From Ylistrum balloti (lineage: Eukaryota), in NCBI RefSeq assembly GCF_031769215.1, contig NW_026782099.1, positions 186,001-250,000 of the forward strand: a stretch of 64,000 bases of DNA, read 5' to 3'. The position numbers and the translations under genes are program-made. The stretch's first letter is position 1. Every line of letters starts with the position of its first letter. This document shows, piece after piece, positions 56,311 to 64,000 of the stretch. Below the pieces are notes generated by a model, which saw nothing but the letters and a program-made list of their open reading frames with translations, did no database searches and had not been told where the DNA came from.

Positions 56311-57924
56311 TTAATTAAATTGGTTAAAGAAAAATAAAAGTTGTCTTACAAAACAGATAATGACTCACTGCATGAACATTAACAAGTCCACATCATTATA
56401 AAGAGGTTTTTTAATGGTTAAGAATGGTATTCACGGAAACACAATTTAGGCTTGCACGACTGTGTAGCAAATTGTGCAAACTGTAACCCAAGTAATGATT
56501 ATAAAACCTTTTTATTTTTTTTCCGGATTCAGAATTCTTATTCATATTTGATACCGATCGTTTAAAACTTGAAACATTATTAAACCTCAGACGTGTGAAT
56601 GGTTAGCAATTCTAGCATCACATACGATACTTATCAAATCCTTGAGAGCTTTTCTGTTCCTTAAATAACAATTTGTTCCCATTGTTTCAATTAGTGTGAT
56701 ATTATTTTGAACTCGGGAATGTCTTTTGTAGTCAAACAAGAATACTGCAGTATGGAACACGCATACAGTATATACATCGGTCCTGTATCAAAGAGAAATA
56801 CGATTGATGATGTAGAAATCAGTGTAAATATGGTTACAGAAGTACTGGAGTAACATTCCACGTCAAAAAATAGTTTAGCCCATCATCATTAGATGTTGAT
56901 GGAAACATCATCCCAGGTTTTGGTTATACAAGCTTTAAGTTTTAAAACAATTGGTTAAAAGTAGTGGAGACGTTTTCCAGTTTACAATGCTGAAAAAAAC
57001 CCAAAAACTAATAACTCCTGAAAACACGTGCCCTGGTTACAAAGCCTACCATGTTTGAAAGAGATTGGATAAAAACCGTGCGAGGAGAAAGCGACAAATA
57101 AATCAACTTTGAAATTTTACAGTGCGTATAAAAGTAAAGAGAAATTGTAAGATATATGATCTCGGTCTGCTGATGAGGCGTGCTTTGTAAGGTTTTAGTG
57201 CTCTCTGAAGAATTGTTGTGAATTATTGTAATTTGTTATTTGAATCAATACACTGCCACGATCACCAATAAAACAAAGTAAAAAAAATAACTGCTGATTT
57301 AAATCTTCAATTTATCAAGATACATTGGTATAAACCAAATATTATAATCATATTATCAAATAAGGTAATTAAAAAACTGTTTTTAAATATCGCTCACTAC
57401 TTTTATTCAATGACATCTATATACACGTAGACTAGTTTCACAGCACCCCATTCTCGACCCCAATCGGCTGTCAGAATGCAAGCTAACATAATGAAACGAA
57501 GGGCAGTAACTCTGGGTGATCAGAATGAATATCTAAACCACTCCTTTCCCTGGCTAGCCTTGTAGATTATAATAATTACTTCTAACTAGTGAACACGATA
57601 AATATTGGAGAATTTATAACAAAGCAACGATACGTCAGTTTCTGTCGATGTCCATGTTCAGACATCCTACTTGTATTTCTTTGTACGATATGAAGTTAGA
57701 CGGTTTTTTAAGTGCATTCGTTAGCGTACGTGGTCATTTCATTGTCCATCCTGTTTAAGAACCTGGGAGTACTAACTCAGGTTGTGTCTCAGGAAGCACA
57801 AGATGCTTACAACTGGAACACCTCGTTTTTATCTCATTGTGCTTTTACAAGTGTCTCTGTGTAAATAAATATTTCAATTGATAATGATTTGCCCCTGATT
57901 TTGAGTTTAAGTAAGATTCTGTTG

Positions 57925-58400
57925 ACATGTTTGCATTGTCACCGTCTTTTGTCCGATGGCATCCCTCATGCATCGTGCCCAGAGTGCTGATATTTGGCCT
58001 GTAGTATGCTGAAATGAAGGGCTATCAAGTTTGTTAAAATGAATTACCTTGACCCGCTTTCAAGGTCACAGGGGCCTAATGTGTTAAAATTCTTTCAACA
58101 ACTTCCTTCTCAATAATTAAATAGACCAAGGATGCTATTTGGCTTGTAGCATGCTGGGATGTAAGACTACCAAACATGTTGAAATTAATTACTTTGGTTC
58201 ACTTTCAAGGTCACAGGAGCAAAATGTGTTGAAATTTTGAAACAACTTCTCTATAATCTAAAAAGCCCAGAGTGCTTAGATCGGGCCAGTAGTATGCTGA
58301 GATAAATTGCTACCAAGTCTGTTAAAATGAATTACCTTGACCTTCTTTCAAGGTCAGAGGGGTCAAATATGGTATCAGTTCCGTTCTGTCTGCCCCAATG
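57925..58400 (+). mobile_element. Fragment of dispersed repeat with about 145-bp internal repeats (same core as the 52-kb element)
   Basis: caaggtca(c/g)ag at 58061, 58206, 58349 (spacing 145/143); related to 13012, 39931, 52139. Confidence 0.55.
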
Positions 58401-59039
58401 CTTGGACTGATCGACAGATTCTAAAACTGTTCAAAGACCTGAAGACCTCAGGTGACTGTAAAGGGGCATTGGTCTCTTGTTTTTGTATTGAGAACGAATC
58501 CAGTGAAAGTTTAACAGTAAACAAATTTGGTCTATCTGTCTGTAGGTCCGAGTCAAGGCAAACAGATTGATTGTGTTTTTTGTTTTCCTATATACCGCAA
58601 GCAACTCCTCTATCAGTGTGGAATTTATTTAGTTCTTCTAGTATCTGACTCAAACCATGATAATGACATTGGAATGGTTGTTTAGTTTGTTGGTTCTTTA
58701 AAAAAACCCGCGAATCGTATGACACTTACCAGTTGTAGTGTATCGAAGCCGCATTCGTCATGATTTGCCGAGCAGCCATAGTAGCATGATTATCTGCATC
58801 AGACTTAAATCAAGGAAACACTGTTGGAGAAAGGTTGTGATTTGAAGGGGACTACAAACTACACTATATAAATGTGTATGAAGATGGTATCAAAATAAAC
58901 TTTTGTTTAAGGTGAATACAATGTATAGTACACGTCTAGTGCAATGGCTGCCTTCGATAGATCGTGGTGAAGAAAAAACGATAATGACAGATAGTGACGT
59001 CATTGCCTATGATAATATGTCATTGCCTTTAGTAATGTG

Positions 59040-60970
59040 TACTGACGTCATTGCTTCAATAAAATATAATGACGTTATTGCCTTCTATAACATGGGTGGA
59101 CGACCATGTCTTCTATAACATGTACTGACGACCTTGCCTTCTATAGCATGTACTGACGACTCGCCTTCTATAACATGGGTGGACGACCTTGCCTTCTATA
59201 ACATGGGTGGACGACATGTACTGACGTGCCTTCTATAACATCGCCTTCTATAACATGGGTGGACGACCTTGCCTTCTATAACATGTACTGACGACCTTGC
59301 CTTCTATAACATGTGCTGACGACCTTGCCTTCTATAACATGTACTGACGACTCGCCTTCTATAACATGGGTGGACGACCATGCCTTCTATAACATGTACT
59401 GACGACTCGCCTTCTATAACATGTACTGACGACTCGCCTTCTATAACATGTACTGACGACTCGCCTTCTATAACATGTACTGACGACTCGCCTTCTATAA
59501 CTGGACGACCATGTCTTCTATAACATGACCCTGCCTTCTATAACATGACGACCATGTGTACTGACGACTCGCCTTCTATAACATGTACTGACGACCTTGT
59601 CTTCTATAGCATGTAATGACGACCCTGCCTTCTATAACATGGGTGGACGACCATGTCTTCTATAACATGTACTGACGACTCGCCTTCTATAACATGGGTG
59701 GACGACCATGTCTTCTATAACATGTAATGACGACCATGTCTTCTATAACATGGGTGGACGACCATGCCTTCTATAACATGTACTGACGACTCGCCTTCTA
59801 TAACATGTACTGACGACTCGCCTTCTATAACATGTACTGACGACTCGCCTTCTATAACATGGGTGGACGACCATGTCTTCTATAACATGTACTGACGACT
59901 CGCCTTCTATAACGACGACCTGCCTTCTATAACTTCTATAACATGGGCCTGACGACCCTGCCTTCTATAACATGGACCATGTAACATGACGACCTATAAT
60001 GCCTTCTATAACATGTACTGACGACTCGCCTTCTATAACGTGGGTGGACGGCCTTCTATAACATGTACTGACGACCTTGCCTTCTATAACATGTACTGAC
60101 GACTCGCCTTCTATAACATGGGTGGACGACCTTGCCTTCTATAACATGTACTGACGACCCTGCCTTCTATAACATGTACTGACGACTCGCCTTCTATAAC
60201 ATGGGTGGACGACCTTGCCTTCTATAACATGTACTGACGACCTAACGTTCTATAACATGTACTGACGACCCTGCCTTCTATTACATGTACATGGGTGGAC
60301 GACCATGTCTTCTATAACATGTAATGACGACCCTGCCTTCTATAACATGGGTGGACGACCATGTCTTCTATAACATGTAATGACGACCCTGCCTTCTATA
60401 ACATGGGTGGACGACCATGTCTTCTATAACATGTAATGACGACCTGCCTTCTATAACATGGGTGGACGACCATGTCTTCTATAACATGTACTGACGACTC
60501 GCCTTCTATAACATGGGTGGACGACCATGCCTTCTATAACATGTACTGACGACCTTGCCTTCTATAACATGTACTGACGACCTTGCCTTCTATAACATGT
60601 ACTGACGACTCGCCTTCTATAACATGTACTGACGACCTTGCCTTCTATAACATGTGCTGACGACCCTGCATTCTATAACATGTAATGACGACCCTGCCTT
60701 CTATGACATGTACTGACGACCCTGCCTTCTATAACATGTGCTGACGACCTTGCCTTCTATACATGTACTGACGACCGAGCCCTCTATGACATGTGCTGAC
60801 GACCTTGCCTTCTATACATGTACTGACGACCGAGCCCTCTATGACATGTGCTGACGACCTTGCCTTCTATAACATGTACTGACGACCCTGCCCTCTATGA
60901 CATGTGCTGACGACCTTGCCTTCTATACATGTACTGACGACCGAGCCCACTATGACATGTTCTGACGAGT
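59040..60970. repeat. Minisatellite, 28-bp unit, about 65 copies, CpG-containing
   Basis: gccttctataacatgtactgacgacctt with gggtgg variants. Confidence 0.96.
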
Positions 60971-61984
60971 TTCCCTTCAATCACTGGTGCTGACGACTTG
61001 CCAGGAGTTAACGACCTGTTTTTAAGGAATGAAAGAGAAATGAACGATGGTGTCTGTCTGTCATTAATCCAGCGTTAAGTAGGTACATGTAAATTGTCAA
61101 CGGACACACACGTGTAAGTGCATGCAATATATAACGCATGACATACATATATATATGTTAGGATGGTCAGACACATTTGTGATAAATAAAGTCACCATCG
61201 GCGTATTTAACATATATTGCACATATTTCAAAAACTCTTTCTTTCAAAACCTATCGATCAAAATGAATAATCTGTTTAAATTGTTACAATTGTTACCGAG
61301 TGTTACAGCAGATATATCCATGTCTAGGTGTGGCCTTTACTGCATATTTTTGTTATATATGACGAACACGACATGTTCCCTAGGGATATGTTATGCACGA
61401 TACGTCTTATAAAACAAAAAAACACGTAGAAAGTTCTAGTTATTATAAGTACAGTATCAAATAGGTAAGGATGTCATCCTATATTTATTTCTACCTTCAG
61501 AAAACGTTTCAATACTACTGATAAAAAGGAAGTCTTGAGTAACACTGTATTGTCTTTATTGAGTACTTCAATAATGTTGACGTCCGAGATATCCGAACGG
61601 AATACTGTCCGAAAATTATCCGTAACTTATGTGTGCTGATATCAAAACAGAATAAGAAGAAACAAATGAACAGATGAAAATGTCTCTGGATACAAAGCTG
61701 ACCTGCAAAGGTTTAACTGGCATTTTAAGGGAAAATTGCATTTTGTATTCCCAAATACAGGTAAATAATCATTTTTAATGTTCATACCTATTAAAACTAC
61801 AACTGATCTCACTTGAAAACGTTAATTTTCGGTTCAGACAATCTTTATGATTTTGCAATCCACATTATGAAACACCGAATTAAGTCTATGTGTAATAGTA
61901 ACGCTATGAAATGTCGTAACCAGAAGTATGCTGCATGGGATCTGATCTATAGAACCATACATTCCATACATGACGAGGCCAGAT

Positions 61985-62290
61985 TTAAGAAGCGACCATT
62001 TGTACAAGGGATTCAGTTCGACTGAAAGATGTCCTTCCCCCAATGGCAGTTTTAGGTCGTCTGCCGCTGAGCGAGGGAGGGCTGATGCTGCGAGTAGGCC
62101 GTGCAGATTTAGGTCGTCTTGACAACATAGAGGAAATATCTTGTGTCTCATCTCGTGTTACAACAAACCGTCGAACGTGCTGATGCCCGTCAGAGTGAAT
62201 ATTTGCCTTTTGAGGAAGATGGCATGGCTTTGATTTTATAAATACCGTTCCTCCAGGTTTAGGAACCTTAACCTCAAACGAAGACTCATC
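61985..62290 (-). CDS. Terminal exon of minus-strand uncharacterized gene
   Basis: DESSFEVKVPKPGGTVFIKSKPC...RPKSARP...RPKTAIG...*; AATAAA candidates on the minus strand at 61555-61560 and 61484-61489. Confidence 0.7.
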   Translation of the reverse strand, partial: DESSFEVKVPKPGGTVFIKSKPCHLPQKANIHSDGHQHVRRFVVTRDETQDISSMLSRRPKSARPTRSISPPSLSGRRPKTAIGGRTSFSRTESLVQMVAS

Positions 62291-63648
62291 CTGTAAAACG
62301 TCACACAATTAGAAATTAATGTTTATTTCAGAAAGAAAAGTGACATGGTTCCCTTACTCGTGTTAGAATGGTTTCAAGGAAAGAGATTTACGACTGCTTT
62401 TCCTTCTTATTAAAAAACGATTCAATAGAATCGGGATATATATGAAGTAATGAAGGATTTACAAGGAAGAAGCTTTCGATTTTAAGAATGTTTGCAAAAA
62501 GTGTTGTTTGGAGACTTAAATTTAGAGTACGTTGACGTTCAAAAATGAAATATTGTGCGAAAAATGGAGCTCTTTGAATATGAAATGACTAACCTCTTTC
62601 TCGTCCCGGATGCTGAATCTCCTAAGAGCAGCTACCTGTGGTGCCACTTTGCTTGGCCTGCTGTCACCGTCAGAGCAAAACTGTTTGATCCTGTCTTCCA
62701 AGTTACATAGGTTCCTCTCGCTCGTTTCCCAGTCAAAGTAATCTTCGTCGAAAGGTTCCATGGCTGTTAGTGCACTCGATGAACTTCCTCCATTCCTCAT
62801 GCTCGTTTTGTTAATTTCACTGACGGCCATTGCTGAACAAATCACTTTAGATCTGACTTCTGTTTTCTCTTTCTGTACGAGATCAATCTGTTCTAATATA
62901 TCTGACATTGCAACACTTGGTTCATCCCTGGTAGGTGAAACAACTGATTCCTCGTCTGCGTTGTTGCATTCGGTAAGGTGGAATATTCCAGCGGTATGTG
63001 GTCTAGAAGAGGGAGAATGACTGATTTCCCTGTGTATGCCTAGTGCGGTGCGAGGCCGTAAACTGGTGCGAGAAGATTGTGGATAGTCCCACGCCGATTG
63101 GCTGGTCCGTAAGAGATCATTCTCTGCTCTCATGCTTTTCAACTGTTTCATACTTCGTGCCACCTTCCTACGGGACCGATAGTCATATAACCTATTTTCC
63201 ACTTTATTCCCTTGTCCCTTCAATTTCATTTCGTTAATTTCTATCATTTTTGCACGTTTTTCGGATTTCATTCGATAATACAAGGCATTTGGTACACACG
63301 GCTCAATGAGAGGAGCTTTGTCCTTCAGGAAGAACTGAATCAGCTGCTCCATCACTACTGACTTAGATCGATCAGTTTTAGGTTTTAGGTTGTTGTCCTT
63401 TGGTGGCAGTTTTTCCTGTAACTTTTTTTGGAGTATATCTAGCAGTGGTACTTGAGATCCTTTTCCTGAATTAGCTCTACAAAGAACCTTCTGGAGAGCA
63501 GACTTGCACAGTTTTCTAATGGTGTGCATGTTTTTCTTGGCTATCAACCTGTCATAGTTCTTTGTGTCTAGCACCATCGCTGTTGTGTTCTCAGTACAAT
63601 GTACAGTACATGTACTTCTCTCTAGCTCCATCACCATCTCGATATCTC
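61985..63648 (-). CDS. Uncharacterized protein, last two exons; begins with the C-terminal part of a cyclic-nucleotide-binding-like domain, then a basic/Ser-rich tail; 5'-partial
   Basis: Exon 63648-62594 (acceptor TTTTAG|GA, phase 1; 1055 nt open; donor GAG|GTTAGT) spliced in phase 0 to exon 62290-61985 (TTTTACAG|GAT...TAA). GDIEMVMELERSTCTVHCTENTTAMVLDTKNYDRLI resembles the GE..L....R.ATV.A......L....F..L pattern of CNB domains. Confidence 0.75.
62594..63648 (-). CDS. Penultimate exon of minus-strand uncharacterized gene
   Basis: 351 stop-free codons between a canonical acceptor and a GTTAGT donor. Confidence 0.8.
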
Positions 63649-64000
63649 CTAAAAGTTCAAAGACATCAATAATGAACTTTCATGTTAATAAAACCTATAG
63701 GTATGGGGGACCATTCTTGGAGGACTCATACGCCAGTTAAGAACATTATGTTTTAGATGTTTGTAAAGTTCTTTAAAAACCTTTTCCCCAAATCATTATC
63801 TTTCTAACGGATGTGAAAATCCGCATGCATTGTTAATAGATGTTCACTCCGATGTTTCTTTATATTACGTTATTAAAATAAAGCCATATGGTTTGATTCG
63901 TATTGTTACATGACTTAAGTACCGTGAACAATGGACTTTTTTCATTATTTACTACGTAGTGACCTATCATATAAGGGCCTGCTTACAAAAGGACAAATTT

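Noticed and set aside
62522-62593. C-terminus VSHFIFKELHFSHNISFLNVNVL* of the 371-aa ORF
   Set aside because: Begins exactly at a strong GAG|GTTAGT donor with a phase-matched downstream exon; probably intron read-through, although intron retention is not excluded

Overview
AT-rich eukaryotic genomic DNA with GT-AG introns. It is most likely a bivalve mollusc, possibly a scallop, inferred from the repeat families and very high minisatellite load. Three protein-coding genes were rebuilt by hand from splice sites and reading phase. (1) TBCE (tubulin-folding cofactor E, CAP-Gly + LRR), minus strand: 7 coding exons at 650-6082, running off the left edge. (2) AREL1 (filamin-repeat + HECT E3 ligase), plus strand, head-to-head with TBCE: 19 coding exons at 7356-49032, 3102 nt / 1033 aa. 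It includes an about 233-aa N-terminal extension with hydrophobic segments and tandem SAM-like domains, spliced in frame across a 17.7-kb intron. (3) A 5'-truncated minus-strand gene at 61985-63648 whose first visible exon looks like the end of a cyclic-nucleotide-binding domain. About 17 unrelated tandem arrays (13-93 bp units, roughly 19 kb or about 30% of the window by hand estimate) sit in introns, the putative 3' UTR and intergenic DNA. Three of them amplify genuine splice-site sequence. There are also decayed tRNA-SINEs and Helentron/DINE-like non-autonomous elements. No rRNA, tRNA or CRISPR array was found. Family assignments come from my recall of protein and repeat consensus sequences; no database searches were run.
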